A stretch of 63,554 nt of DNA, the filler included, from Folioceros fuciformis (lineage: Eukaryota): the NCBI GenBank assembly GCA_049999805.1. It is 4 parts of 4 records of this genome, joined end to end, with 100 filler letters (N's around TTAATTAATTAA, not from the genome) between each part and the next. Parts side by side here need not be neighbours in the genome. Positions count along the whole stretch, not along the records: positions 26,677 to 51,197 come from JBNGIO010005743.1; 3 more parts are not named here. The stretch is one strand, 5' to 3'. The position numbers and the translations under genes were made by a program. Positions 35,555-49,459 of the stretch are shown in pieces. Position 1 is the first letter of the stretch. The number at the start of each line of letters is the position of its first letter. A model generated the notes under the pieces. That model searched no databases and had not been told where the DNA came from. It worked only from the letters and a program-made list of their open reading frames with translations.

Positions 35555-38500
35555 ATGGACGAGGGGTTTAGAGTAACTGGAGTGGATAGCACCTCCATCC
35601 TGTTCGAGAAAGCGATTCCTGTCAGGGTGACCAAGTCAGGATGCGAGGACAAGCACATGGATCTGAATATCAGATTTATCATGGGCTTGAGCACGCACCA
35701 CAGGACAACCAAGGTATCTAGCTTGCCGCGCCTTGCCCAGCCATCTACTGCCGTGGATGGGAAGGCGTGCTTTTGCGACTGTCAGCAGCAAAGTGCATGT
35801 GCTTTATCCCCTGCCGTATGGCATTTGCAGGTGCTTCAGGTGCAGATTACGAATGAACAGGACCCTTTCTTTCTCTACTCCATGGAGGTGAACGAAGATG
35901 ACTTTCAATGCTTGAAAGTGGATCAGTGCATTCTTGTGGATTTCTCTACTTTCCCTCACAAGTTCATTGAGTTGCTAGAGCATTGTATTGACGCTGGGAC
36001 GCATGAACCACCTCGGTGAGCTTCTGAAGTCTATGCTTCTGGGGCCCTCTGACTTCTGCTACCTCCTCTCACTGCAACGCACATACTTCATTGCCTGCTC
36101 ACACGGCCAAGATGCTTGGGCTGTAACAGGTTTCTTGCCGTCTTACATGTTCGGGCAGGAGACTCCAATTTCAGTGTGGTTGAGACAAACCAGTTCAAAC
36201 ACCTCAGCCATTTATCCCTCTGTTTCCGACAAGGAAATGATTCCACCATTAAAAGCTACCTCGCTGGGCGTCTTGCTGATTACAAGGTGATCTGATGGAC
36301 CTACCCTGTCGTTGTCAGCTTGTACTTATCCTCAAAGCTTGCAGCCATGAAGTTTTGGGACGTGTATTTGGACGGAACAGGCAACCAATACAGACTTGCA
36401 GGAGAAGCTCAAGAGGACTCTTCAATCTCTGGAGAGGTCTCTTGGAGAAGTTAGCATTTTGACCAGGTATTATTCCTTGTCCTCTTTCCGCCCTACAAAT
36501 CATTTGTCCAGGGGAGGTTGAGGAGTACAGTATTTTCTTTGTTGCGCGATGCTGTTCAACCTCGAGCCAAAGAAATACACTAGGTTCGATCTAGGTTAAG
36601 GCCATTCAATTGAACGTGAATGAACTCTCCTGTGAAGGAAGCAACAAATCATTCGACATCCGTCCTAGCTCCACTCATTAGAAGTTCTTACCATGCAGCC
36701 AACTTGGTGAAATGCGGGAGAGCAGCTCAGGGAGCCTTAGTGAGCTCAAATCACAGTTAACACTAGAGCTTGCACATGCTAAGGAGAAGGTTCGCCTATT
36801 CTCACACTAAATTATAACGGTCAAAAATAAGACACACAAAGCACTGGAAACGTTTTGGTCATGTTAGGTGTCTCACCTGGCAGGTGTTTCTCATTGGTTG
36901 CTTGTTTTTGGACCCTGAAGAGTTCCATGTGGCAATTCATGAATTTCATGCAACTTGGATACAGGCAATGCTTGACGCAAATGAGTTGAAGGAAAGAATG
37001 GAAAGGGAGCGAGATAGGTTGGAGGCGAAGCTGCGGAAACAATGCGAATGCCAACAAGAGAGAGTAGTAGAGCTAGAAAAACAGGTCTAGTATGTCCCAT
37101 TTAAAATTCTACTATCTTCCTGATCTCGCGGAATTTATCTGAAGCGCTTTCTGGCGTCTTCTGAAACCATGGGCCGTCATGCAGAATAGGTCAATATTGG
37201 ATAGCAAACATACTTTGGAGACAAGATACACGGAGCTGAGAACAAAGTTTGACATTGTGGAAAGAGAGCTTGAGGGGAGGCAACAGGTACATTTCCATGC
37301 GTTTTTTAGCTAGGGATTAGAGAGCTATGTTGCACCTTTCGTTTGCTTGCTACAGTTATCAATAAGGGGCGGTTCATGTGCCTGGGTGTAGGAATGTGTG
37401 CAATTGCGAACAGAGAATAGGACTTTGTCCAGTGAGAAGAACGAAGCTGACAAGATGCTAAACAGGCATTTGCTACGGCTAACTGCTCTGGAGCAAGAAG
37501 TAGGTTGCAGGTCCTCTAACTATGGTTATGGAGTCACTACAGAGTATCAAACAAATATCCTTGCCATGGTGAACAATCAGCAGTATTTGATGACACCTTT
37601 TGATTTGGCACTCTCTGCAGATCCAAGAGAAAAACCAAAAGATTTGCTGCCTGACAACGCAGCTTGAGGCTCAAGCAGCCCAACGGTGCGCTTGCCTCTT
37701 GATCTGCAGCCTACAACCCAGATTTCGTGGGGGGATTTGCGAAGTTGCTCTTCTCATATCTAGGCCCGTTTAACTTGCAGGGAAGAGGTTGAAGGATCAC
37801 TGAAGGAGTGGAACTGTGCAGCTGATCGAGCTGAGCAAAAAGCACTAGCTAGTGCCGCTGAGGTTGAAAGATGCCAACAGTGCATCGAGAAGCTTAAGGT
37901 GAGATTGGAGTGTCAATCAGCCGGGAATGCTATCCATATTGTCACAGTGGGCATCAACGGTGAGAAAGCCCTACGATTCGCCTTTGTGCAGGCTGATCTT
38001 CGTGCAGCGAAGGCAAAAGTTAAACTTCAAGGGCAGATGGCAAGCCAGCAAGATTGCCTACTCAGTGAACGTCAGGCATCTATGGACAAGAGTGCTGCGG
38101 AAATAAACAGCTTGCGACAGGAAATATCCCAGCTTAAGTCGGAGCTTAATAATGCGAAGGAGAAGGTGAGTACCTTTGGCACTTGCGGCTGAGCTCCAGT
38201 AGGCTCCAGAGGCTGAGTACTCTGCTTCATATGTCAGGATCAAACTCAGCATGTGGATTTATCATTTGTAGGGAGATGAGGCTCAAGAAAAGTACGATGA
38301 GGCACAGGAGGCAATAAAGTCCAACCAGCAAATGATACAGTATGTTTCCTCGTGTGCATTTTATTTCGTGATCGTACCCATGATACTGTCCTAATTGTAA
38401 ACGTTACACCGTGTGATATTCGTCATTTGCGCAGGTGGTTAAATCAACAACTCACAGACCTTCAGCTAGGAAAACCGGGATCTGGTGGCACTTGCTCATC

Positions 38501-39386
38501 GCGATACTTGTACCGGCCAACATCATACTCTACAGCAAGAGGTCCTGGAACGTGCCTGTCATCAGCAGGCACATTGGGTGGATCTCCATCACCTGTTACT
38601 GGGTATAAGAGCCTGTTTCCTGGTACTGCCTCCTACATGTCATCAGTAAGTATGAAGACTGCTGGTGTTGGGCTGAGCCCAGGACTTTCTTCTACCCTCT
38701 CGGCTGTGAACTCAAAGCTTCCCTGTGCTGCTGCAAGGGCGAGGGGTTCAGCAATGCCTTCCGGGTCGGGGATCACCAAAGTGCAGTATAAGCCATATGC
38801 AGCTGGAGCTTGCCCTAAGTCGGGTTCCATACCAGCCTTAGGATCCACAGGAACAGCTGCTGCCACAACGAACTCCCTTACGAGCTCAACTTATGGCTTT
38901 TGGCCAAACGGATCAAGTTCCTGGCTTTCAAGACAGCAGCAGGATGCAGGTTTGTCATCCACCTTGGCACAAGGCCAAACATCACCTTCACGGTGCCAAG
39001 CAGCATCATTAGCAGATGCTGCAATGGGTACTGAGGGATACAAAACCTCGCCACCTCGCTGCCACGCTTCTTCAATCACTGCTTCCAGAGTATCCCCTCC
39101 TAGGTGTCCAGCATCTGGTGGTCTAAGATCGTCACCAAGCTGCCGTGGTCAAACATCTGAGGACTTCAAATCTCCACCACGGTGTCAGGCATCTGGGGTA
39201 TACAAGTCGTCGATGGCTGACACTCGGTTGTCGGGAGGTTACAAGTCCGGTGTCTTTGCTTCAGGTAGTGGGAAAAGCGGGGTCACCACTTGCAGCAGAG
39301 CCGGATGTGCAGATGGTGAGTGCAATGTTTATCATTGTTATACCTCGTCAAACTCAGCAAATCGAAAACTCCTGCTGTCCTGTTGA
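35555..39386 (+). CDS. SAS6: Centriole cartwheel protein SAS-6, multi-exon
   Basis: Head domain DPFFLY..EDDFQCLKVDQCILVDFSTFP..VVETNQFKHLSHLSL; GT-AG exons 35555-35713, 35831-36015, 36130 onward; coiled-coil exons; long S/G-rich last exon. Confidence 0.9.
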
Positions 39387-39956
39387 GACCATTTTTGTAT
39401 GCCATGTCTTTGATGCCATGCCATGTCAGACGACCAATCTAACCATGTGTTCGGCTGGAATTATTTGCAGTTGATGTGATACCGGAAGGCTGGTTGCACC
39501 CTGCACAAGGTTAATGCGGGAGCAATTTCTAAGTGTTGTTCATGGTGATGATGTTGGTGTATTACTGGTGGTTCCTGTGGGGAAGGAGGTATTGGGTGAA
39601 CGGGATACGAGTTTAGAGGGCTGCTCAGTGTTTCGTTCGTTGGTGATTACTTTTCTGTGTTCCACAATTTCTGTAAAATAAAGGTTCTACGTCCAAGTGG
39701 CTGGGCAAACAGCACCTGTTGTGTCACGGGACTCGTGGTTTAGATGTTGCCGTCCACCCTAGCGTGCTTGTGGCTGCTGAGGTGAGCGTGGTCTGTGATC
39801 CATTTTATTTAAGATGCAAGAAAACATCTCCAGGGACCTACTAGCGAGGATCCCACTAGCCGTCCAGGTTGTCAGACGGTCATGGAATGTCAGGCATGCT
39901 GTTAAAGAATACTCTGTACTAGATGAGAGCAGTCGACTCCCATTTCCAGCGTCCTT

Positions 39957-41834
39957 TCAAGGAGAATGGACTTTCCAAGTACTGCGAGGACTTGAGTACG
40001 CTTGCATCTCTGATGAGTCATGTGCAACAAGGCTCTTCAGTTCCGAGCAACTATCGTTTTCATCTTCCACTTCAAAACTTTCGCCGTTCTTGTTCTGGAT
40101 GGTCCCGTAGCGCACTCTGTCCCTATCCTTAGGGTATGTCCAGAACAGGAAGGTGTACATGATGCAGCAGAGCCCATAGCCAAAGAAGAAACATGTGAAG
40201 AGAGCTTTCCCAAGAGCTACAGCATTGCTCCGATCTTGCGAAACACCTCCAATGGTCCCTTTGGGCGAGGATTCGTATCCGAACGCCCTTTCAGCCAGCA
40301 GACCCACAAGCTGTGTGGCAAAGGATGCAAATAAAGACTCGAAAAACCTGTCCAGAGCGTACACAGTGGTTCTCCCGCTCTCCTCCACAACCTCTGAACA
40401 AATGGGGCTGTGACAGGCAACACACAGTTGAAGGTGAGCCCTGCACTAAAGCACAAGACACAGCACAGGGCACAGATTTGCACAAGTGATGGACATTCAC
40501 CCGTTCGTAGAAGGAGCCATGCCCGATACCAGAAGGCCCATGAGGACCAGCCAACCTCCATGCTCCAGTGCAGTGGATGGATTTCGGGGCAACATGAGGA
40601 ATAGAATTGCTGCCAACGGCAACGCTAAGGCAGATTTAACTTGGGCCAGGAAAATCCTTCCAGAGTCTGGGAAGTGCTTAGCCAGAAAGTCCGCTATCTG
40701 CCCTCCCACCAATGCTCCGATAGCACGTGCAAAGGAGTCGACTGTGAGAATAATGGCTGTGACGCGATGAGAAAATCCCACGAGTTCTAACCACATAGGA
40801 CAGAACGCCATGGCAGCACCTGGAGTGGTTCCAGGAACCCCTTGTGCCACAATCACCTGGAAGCTCCGTGTTTGCACGATCTTCTTTGCAGTCAAACCAA
40901 ATGCTTTGAGTTGCAGCCACACCTGACCCTTCTTCCCATCCCCCAGCCTGCAGAACGGCACACCAGCATATGAGGCGGCTGCAGCTACATCCAATTAATT
41001 CCACACAAGGAGCCCTTATGGAGCTACTTCCTCACCTTTTGGCTGCCGGGCGAGGGTCGATGACAAGCATGTACACCATAAAGGAGACAGCAGCACTGAC
41101 GAGAGCCACCAGGAAGAATGCTATCCGCCAGCCCTGAACTCCGAGCACCGTAGTGCCAGCAAGCAGAACAGCCAGAGAGCCGCCAGACATGACCCCAGCC
41201 GTGTACGCCACATAGGTCCAGCTGAAGGCAGACCCTCGATCGCTCACGTCAGTCAGGTCCGCCACGGTGGAGAGTATGGCGGGGAAGGCCAACGCCAGGC
41301 CCACTCCACACACCGACCGGGTGAGCGCAAGCTGTTCGTTTGCAACATGACAACATCAAGACAATCAAGCGTCTTGAGCCACATCTCCACAACCCTCACC
41401 CCGAGGGCACAAGCAAGACGTAGAACATGAGCATCAAGCAGGCCGCAAACCTGAAGATACGTCTGTGAACAACCAGCAGCAAGAGTGGAGGCTGCCCAAA
41501 TTAGCACACCTGCAGCAATGGTGTTGGGCCGATTATAGTGCATAGCCACATAGGCGCTGACAGGATAGCATAGCGTCTCCACCAGCCTCCTCACCGTCGT
41601 GAGCGTGCCCAGGGCCGTGGGCGAAACCCCGAGCTGTATGCCCACCTCCCTGTACACCGCGGGCAGCAGCACGCTGTCCGCCCCATCCAGCACAACTGCA
41701 ACGTTCACCAGAACCAGAGTCAGCAGCCCCGACTTCGGCATCTCCATAGCCGCGCTCCCAACTCCTTGCTCCTTCACCGCATCCCGCCTGCTCCTTCTCA
41801 CAGCCGAGGCGCCTTGCTGTCGGCCTCCAAGCAT
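39957..41834 (-). CDS. Spinster-like MFS transporter, copy A (multi-exon)
   Basis: LVLVNVAVVLDGADSVLLPAVYREVG, GWRIAF, SFQVIVAQGVPG, GRIFLAQ, YALDRFFES, TYPKDRDR. Confidence 0.88.
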
Positions 41835-42191
41835 GTGTGTGTATCCAACAGAAAGACAGTCTCAGGCTCCGTCAGGAATGTTTGTCAAGAGTGATCCCCA
41901 CTCGCCCAATAATTTGTGCCACGTCTAGAGGTGTGGCACTTGGCAGGCAGGTACAAAGGTAGGCAGGTGTCTCTGTACATCTGTAGTACGAATTGCGGGA
42001 TCTTGTGGAGAGCGCTGACCAGACCACGAAGTGAAAACTCATGCCTGCTCGAGGACACCGATTTCTCCTCAGGCTCAACGAGTTGTTGCTCCTCAAAATC
42101 TCGCTAACCTAGCTTAAGGGATGTTTAGCATCTAGTTACAAGAATCCTATTGGAATAAGACGTTGATAACATCTTTCAGCCACGGGAGGAG

Positions 42192-44046
42192 TCACTGGGA
42201 GGCTCGTGATCTCACATGGCTAAGCATGTGAGTCGCCTCGAGCGCGGCCTCTGGAGCATCGACGTTCAGCTCCTCCTCTACATCATCGTCGTCTTGCTGG
42301 CCGACATGCTTGTACTCTGCCTGGCTTAGTCCAGAGGAATGCGGTTCCTCCACATCAGCTTCTGCCAATTCCACTTGCAGCTCCACTTGGGAGACCTCCC
42401 AGCGTATCCTGTCGCGGTCTCTGGGGTAGGTCCAGTAAAGCAGGGTGTAGACTAGAGATGAGACGGTGTAGGGAAGTCCGAAGCAGGAAAAGAGAGCTTT
42501 GGCGAGAGATTCGGCGTTCTGGGGGTCGGCTTCCTTGGATGCGCCCATCCGGTAGCCGAAGACTTTGGAAGCCAGCAAGCCCACTGACGGGGTTGCAAAG
42601 GAAGCCAGCAGAGACTCAAAGAAACGGTCCAAGGCGTACACAGTGACTCCGGACTCGGAGTGGACGATCTCCGCGTACATTGGGCTGCATACCACGGCAC
42701 CAGCAGAAGCAGGAGCACAGCACAGGGCCAAGCGTTGCGTGAGCGTTGTCAACATGGGGAAGACAAGATGCTGATCATGATGACGGCAGACGGCACACAG
42801 AAAGTGAAGAGTGATGGGAAATCGTGTAACACACCTGTTGGTGGCAGAGTTCAGGGAGGAGGTGATGAAGCCGAGCATGCAGAGCGTGACCCCATATTGC
42901 CACATGGCGGAGGGGTCAGGTTGGAGGCCCAGCAACAGGACTGCGGACACGAACACAGCCGACACCGTGCACACTTGCGCCGTCAGGATTCGTCCGGCGT
43001 TGGGGAGGAGAAGCGCGATGGAGTCCGCAGCCAGACCAATCAAAACAGTCCCCACTGCACGAGACGAGGTGAAGAGAGTCTGGAGATACGCCGTCTGGCC
43101 GTGAGAGAAGCCCGCGAGCTCGAGCCACATGGGAAAGAAAGCAGCCGCATACAAGGGAAAGCTCCCTGGGACGCCCACGGCCGCGAGCACCTGAAAGCTG
43201 GGAACGCTGACCACCTTCCGGGCATCAGCCACAAATTGTGCGAGCTGTGCCCTGAGGGGCCGTGCCGGGTCGTGGATGACTTTGCTTGCCCTGCAGGAGA
43301 AGCAGTGGCGATGGGGGGTTGAGGCTGAGGCATGTAGGAAATTCCTTCACAAGGGCAGGGCAGGGCAGGCCAGGGCAAGGGCGAAGGTGGAGTACCCACA
43401 GAGAGAAGTCGGTGGAAGGCGAGACACAGAGGGAAAAGTCAGCCGACAGATCTGCTCTTCTAGTATCCTCAAGAAACGCGTACACCAGGAGCGCTACGAG
43501 CTCGCTCAAGATCGCGACGCAGAGGAAGACGAGTCGCCAGCCCTGGAGCCCCAGGACGGTGCTCCCTGCGAACAAGATGGCCAACACCCCGCCCAGCATG
43601 TGGCCCATGGTGCCGGTCACGTGAAGCAGACCGAATCCCAGCCCCCGGTGCGTGGCGTCCGTGGAGTCGGCAACCATGGACAGGATGGCGGGAGCAACCA
43701 ACGCGATGCCTACTCCGCTCATGGCCCTGGTGAAGGCCACCTGCACGAAACTCTGGGCCGCTCCCACCCCGGCGGTGCCCAGCGCCCACACCGTCATCCC
43801 CAGGGCAATCACGGTGGCCCGGTTGTAGGAGGTTGCCAGCACTGCGCTCAGAGGGTAGCACAAGGTCTGCACTATGTTCCTGGCCAGGGTGAGCGACCCC
43901 AGTCCCGCTGGCGAGATGAGCATTTCCTTGCCGATCTCCCGGTACACGGCGGGCAGCAACGCCGCATCCGCGCCCTCCATGATGTACGCCAGGTTCAGCA
44001 GCACCAGATTCACTTGCTTCTGCTTCTTCCAACCTCGCCGCCCCAT
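42192..44046 (-). CDS. Spinster-like MFS transporter, copy B (multi-exon)
   Basis: LLNLAYIMEGADAALLPAVYREIG, GWRLVF, SFQVLAAVGVPGSFP, GRILTAQ, YALDRFFES, TYPRDRDR; first in-frame ATG at 44046. Confidence 0.88.
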
Positions 44047-44854
44047 TCCAAGGAAAAGAAATGAGAGGTGACGCCACCACCTCGCTTCCGCTGCACCGCT
44101 ACCGCTACCGCTACTGCTGCCGGCATTCACAATCGCGCTCGCGCACTTCACCAACTGCGATTGCTCTCTACCTTCACGCCAACCTCCAGCCTCCCATCCC
44201 GCTGCTTCCGATTCGTCGCTGTCGCTCAATGGCTACGGCGCACATACCGGCACAGGAATCGGCACAGGAATGCGCACAGGCACCGGCACATTCACAGGCA
44301 GAGGCACACATTTCCGGGCGCGCAAATCTCCAAGCATTTGAAGGTTGTATCTCTTAGAAGGTTGCATCTCTTAGAAGGTTGCATCTCTTCGCTGTCCCTT
44401 CGCCGTCCCTTCACCTTGCATCGCTTTGCCTAAAATAATGCATACCAGTCACGAGAATCCGGAGAACGTGCCCAGAGACAGCTTTCCCAGCCGTGCTGCA
44501 TCTGCGTACAGTACAGTCTGGTCTCGGCCCGGCCCCCAAGCTCAGAGATGGCTTACCACGGAATGTTTCTGTACACACAATGAGCGTGCGCCAAGAGCAC
44601 GTGCCTTTCAGAAGTAGGCTTCAAGTTTCAACCCCTGTCGGCCCCATACGCTACAGTGCTATACGCAATTCGCATACGCTACGAGCCTACGCCCCACACA
44701 CCTTGCAGTACATACGTAGGAACCTCCAACCCTATATGTGTACATACATGCGACTACATACCTTTACAGCAGTGTACAGTACCATGTTCGCAGAAACCCG
44801 CGTTGGGGCAACTTAGTGATGCAGAGTCGATTAACACAAGACCTTTTTCTGTTA

Positions 44855-47250
44855 TCAGCCTTTAAGATCCTCGGCAATCGCCAACAAGCTACAGATATCG
44901 GAGCTCGGGTAATGTTGGAGAAGCTTCAGATTCGACGTGAAGTCCCCGGCCAACAACCGATCCCTCACGGAGATTAGCATCGCACAGCACACCCGCAGTA
45001 AAATTTCCTGCAACACGACCCTCATCCATCAGCTCCACTACAGAGACGAGACTCCACGCCGATTACCTTCTCCAACACCGTCGCAATGTTCACCACTTTC
45101 CGTGAAGACCTCGACTCCTTACCATGGGTCCGTCGGGGTTGCTCAACAGCGAGTCCCACAGCCGCAACGAGTCCGGAAAACTAAATTCCTGTGTCAGTAG
45201 GAGTGTTATCCACCTGAACGCATAAAATTGTGGATTGACCTGACCAAATGAAAACCTCGTTAGTCACGCCGGCCGCTGGAATTCGAGTAACCATGAGAAT
45301 CCCTGAGAGCAACTGAGTAACCCTCCACGGCCACATACCTTGGTTGTCACTTCCAGATGGCGCCAAAGCTCTTCGTCATGCCGTCTGAGTAGGGACGTTA
45401 ACTGGGCAATGGTAGATCGGATGCCCACAGCACTATTATCCAGCTGCTGACAGAAATGATCTCGAAAGTCACTCAGCAACTCTACAAAGCAGAAGAACGC
45501 ATCCGCCTCCGCATGAGCCTGGATAGCAACAACAGCAGGAAGTGAAATCAACCAGCCGGCTATGTGCTTCCCTAAAAGAAACCAAGACACCGTGGACACC
45601 AAGAACCTGACGCTAGCCATGGACAAAAAGACTGCATGCCATCAAACAGCCTTACAGAATTGCTCTCGTCTGGATCTGTCCTGAACACGTAGAACAAAGG
45701 TGCCAGCACTTCATTCATGCCTTGCACGTAGCGTATTCCAGGGTTCAGCTTGGCAAAGATAAAGAGTGTTCGCTTCAGGCATTCCTGTGGAAATTGGCAA
45801 GTAGCAAGACTTAGGGTGTGGCGCAGAGAGACAGAACGTAGTAACCACACAGACTACCTACACAGCCATGTATATGTAGTCTTCGCTGCGACATACCACA
45901 TCGAGCGGCGAATGCAAGACAAGACAGTCATTCATGAACTGACGAACCTGGTTTTCCAGGGCAGCAGGAGAATCTCCGCAAAAAAAATGCATATCGGGAT
46001 GTGTGCGCTTCACATCCCGATCTATCTGATCAGACAGCTCTGTATCCTGCCAGGAGAAAGTGTTTGACGTAAATGGATTAAACAATTTCCACTCAAAGAC
46101 CAGCCCCGAGCTGGTGGGCAAGAGTACTCAACCTGAAAATACCGATGCCACACGCTAGTTTGTCCAAGGCTCAATGGGTGGTCATCATGGGTTATGTCTT
46201 GTCGTTGCAGAGACCCTTTGATGTCCTCGTCCCCTGAGGCTGCTTCCAATTCAGCCTTCCTCCTGGTCAGCTCGGACTGCAAATCACAGGCGAGGGAAAG
46301 TACGAGAGTCTTGCCTCTGGGCAAAGGTTTCTTCGGCACACTCGTCAAATCAATGGACCACCCACGGAACTGGACACTTACAGGATTTACGAGCAACTCT
46401 TCTCTAAAGACCGCATACTCTGCTCGCTTTCTAGCAAGCTCGGTTTTCCACTCGTCACGAGACTTGGGCAAATATCCAAGGAGAACCTACGGCAGATGAC
46501 ACCGTCAGGTCGGACAACTCGTAAAACGACCCAGAACAACACGTCTACGAAAGGGAGGCTCACAGACATCTACAGATTCTTCTGCCTGAGAAGGCACTGC
46601 TGCAGTACGGCCAAGATTCAGGTCACAGAGACGCTCACCTTCCACGTTGTGGCCCTTAGGTCTCCAACATCGGGGATGCCTTGAGAGGCCAGACGCTGCA
46701 ACTCACCTAATTGTATTCTCTTCTTCGAAAGCTGCTCGGCGAAGGGACAACGAAAGAGAGGTCCATTAGCAACAAGACCACGTTCCAAGATGCACCGCCG
46801 AAAGAGACAAGTGACTACCTCAGCAGCAAACAGCCCGACCCGGGCATCGAACGAGCTCGTTCTCTGAGGAGCCTCCGTCCCAGGAAACGACGGCGCACTG
46901 GAAGAATTGGAGTCTGCACCCGCTGGTGGCGCAGTCGCGGTCGACACAGCACCGACCTTTTGCGCAGCACTGACATTTTCCACCTGGTACACCTCCTTCT
47001 CAAAATCAGTCCCAAAATCGTCACTAATCACGTTCGGCTTGTAGGCCCTCTTCACTCCGCTGTCCCACAGCGAAACGTCCGCCTTCGCCTTCCCTTCCTC
47101 CTCCCACTGCGGCTTCGATCTGGTCCTGTCCTTACTCGCATTCTCGGGGTTGTACCTGCTCCTGGCAACCGAAGTGGGCGTGGAGGCCCAGGCTGAGCTG
47201 TTGAGCCAATCCGGTACAGGCTTAGCGTTCCCAGATCGTGCGGCCATCAT
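44855..47250 (-). CDS. TBC-domain Rab GTPase-activating protein (TBC1D13-like), multi-exon
   Basis: QIDRDVKRT (Arg finger), YVQGMNE (Gln finger), EADAFFCF, PQFYAFRWITLLLTQEF, LLAGDFTSNLKLLQHYP then stop at 44855. Confidence 0.92.
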
Positions 47251-48927
47251 CTTCGGCCGATACCAGCACTCTAACCTCAATCTCTAACCGAACAGCCGTC
47301 ACAATTGCACGCCAAAAGCGCCGCCATTTTCCTCCTACACCGGCCTCCCACCATCTCAGATCCGATGCCCCAGCTTCCAGCCACCTCACCTTCCAGTCCC
47401 AACCCTAGCAAACCCTGGCTCCCTCCCCTCCCCCGCATCCCAGCCCGCTCAATNNNNNNNNNNNNNNNNNNNNNNNNNNNNNNNNNNNNNNNNNNNNNNN
47501 NNNNNNNNNNNNNNNNNNNNNNNNNNNNNNNNNNNNNNNNNNNNNNNNNNNNNACTCCCTCTGCTCCACATTTGCCAGGGCCCGGACCGAGCCCAAGTCC
47601 GCCCGCAACGACAGCGCTGGAAGGCCAGGAAATTCGGGGGACGACTATGGCTGCGTGGCGGGCGGCGGTAGGCGGGCTAGCGCGATCAAGGATCCGCCTT
47701 CCGGCAACTTTGGTGTGCTTCGTTGTTCCCGCGCGAGCCCATGCCGCGCGGCGCGAGCTGGAGGCTGTTTCTCGTTCTTGGCTCCAGAGGTTACTGGAAT
47801 TGTGGACGCATGCGCGGCTTTACCTACGACTCACCTCGTAACCCTGCGCCTTGCCACCTGGGCACACTCACGCCCGCCAAACATGCGGACCCGCCATTCT
47901 TTATTACGTAGGAGGGCCCATACCCGAGTAAAATATTACCCGTTTGTTCCTCAACGGGTAGGGTAGACAAACTGCGGTCCTGTAGGCGGGGAGCTGGGCC
48001 ACCATTTGCGGCTCGCTCCCTGTCCACCCTTCACGACACGGCTATCCGCTTGCTCCGCAAGGGCTGAGGGCTGTCGGCCTAAGCACCCTGGGATCTTCTG
48101 ACTAATTTCCAGGACACTTAGCCACCGGCTTTCAAAATGGAGAGACTCGCCGCATTCTGGCTGATCACACTGCGTACTTCCCGTTGTCTTCCGAGGGCCG
48201 TAAGAAGACCTGGTGCGGTAAAGAGGGGCAGGCAGGCAGTCGCACTCACGGCTTCTCGGTATAGGAGTGCTGGATGATGCAGAGTAGGTCCACTGCCTGG
48301 TGGATATGTATGCAAAATATGGTGACCGGAAGATGCACGCGAGGTTTTTCGCAGTTAGGCGCAGAGTATGCGGTTGCATGGAATGCCATGCCCTGGTTGT
48401 TGCGTATGCAAAGCAAGCACGCGGCCAAGAGCGTCTTGTTGTTTATGGATTGATGGAGTAGGAGGGGCTGATTTCAAGTGACCATGTTAATTTTGCTTGC
48501 CTACTCAAGGCCTATGGAAGCACTGTTGCCTTGCGAAAGGGCAAGCGGCTGCACTCACAGATTGTTGACAGAAGACTGCTGGATGAGGGAGTTTTACCTT
48601 CTGAAGGCCCGTGCAAGCTCTGGCGCGTTACAGCAGAGCAAAGGCTCTCTGGGAAGCAGCTCCTACTAGCAGTTGCAGGTCTGGGGCTTGTGTAATAACC
48701 AGGGCCTGCAATGGTAGCCTGCACAAGCAAAGGACGGATGACACTTAAACAGCCAGCCACTATGGACAATCTCCACCGGGGGTGCCAACATGTCAAGTGG
48801 CATTCCCTTTTATCTTCTAAGACATGCCTTCAAGGACCGGATTTTCCAGTATCTTTGGCCGAGCACACTCCCATACACACAGCATGCCAGAGTGGTATGT
48901 TACAACCTGGTAAAGAGTCCCTGGTTC

Positions 48928-49066
48928 GGGGTAAGAATGTCTCGGTTTCAGGATAAGAGTGTCTCTGTATCAGGGTGAGAGTGCCTCTGTTTCAACGTGT
49001 TTTTCTTTCAAGGTAAGAGTGTCTCTGTCTCAAGGTAAAAGTGTCTCTCTCAAGGTAAGAGTGTCT
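48928..49066. repeat. Degenerate ~21-bp tandem repeat
   Basis: ggtaagagtgtctctgtctca variants, about 6 copies. Confidence 0.7.
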
Positions 49067-49459
49067 TTTTTTGTACCAGCGGAGCGTCTTGCAATGCTGT
49101 CGCTTGACTGTGCGTGCCAAGGAAAGGGAAGACATGCTTATTAACAAGCTCGGGGGTATGGTTTCTCGATTAGTGTGGGCCATCTCTGATGGTAACCAGA
49201 TATGAACAGTACGCTGGCGCGGTGAGTGCCACTGTGCTCCGTCGAAGGCTTGAAAAGTGAGACACTGCCGTAGGGGATAGAGGGAACTGTGAGCATCGAT
49301 CGAACTTCCATTTCTACTAGTTCTCAGAAAGGCTTCGGGCACACCCAGCATCTCCACGTCAAGCAGCTCACATTCTCTCCGATCTACTGAACGTGATACA
49401 AAAGTGGGAAAAATGAAGGTAAAAGACGTGGATTAATGTCGGAAAGAAAAAGGGAGTTC

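Noticed and set aside
42660-44064. Long plus-strand ORFs (220 and 262 aa)
   Set aside because: Antisense shadows of MFS copy B
47560-49400. Short ORFs between the TBC and mTERF genes
   Set aside because: No motifs or consistent exon structure; treated as intergenic
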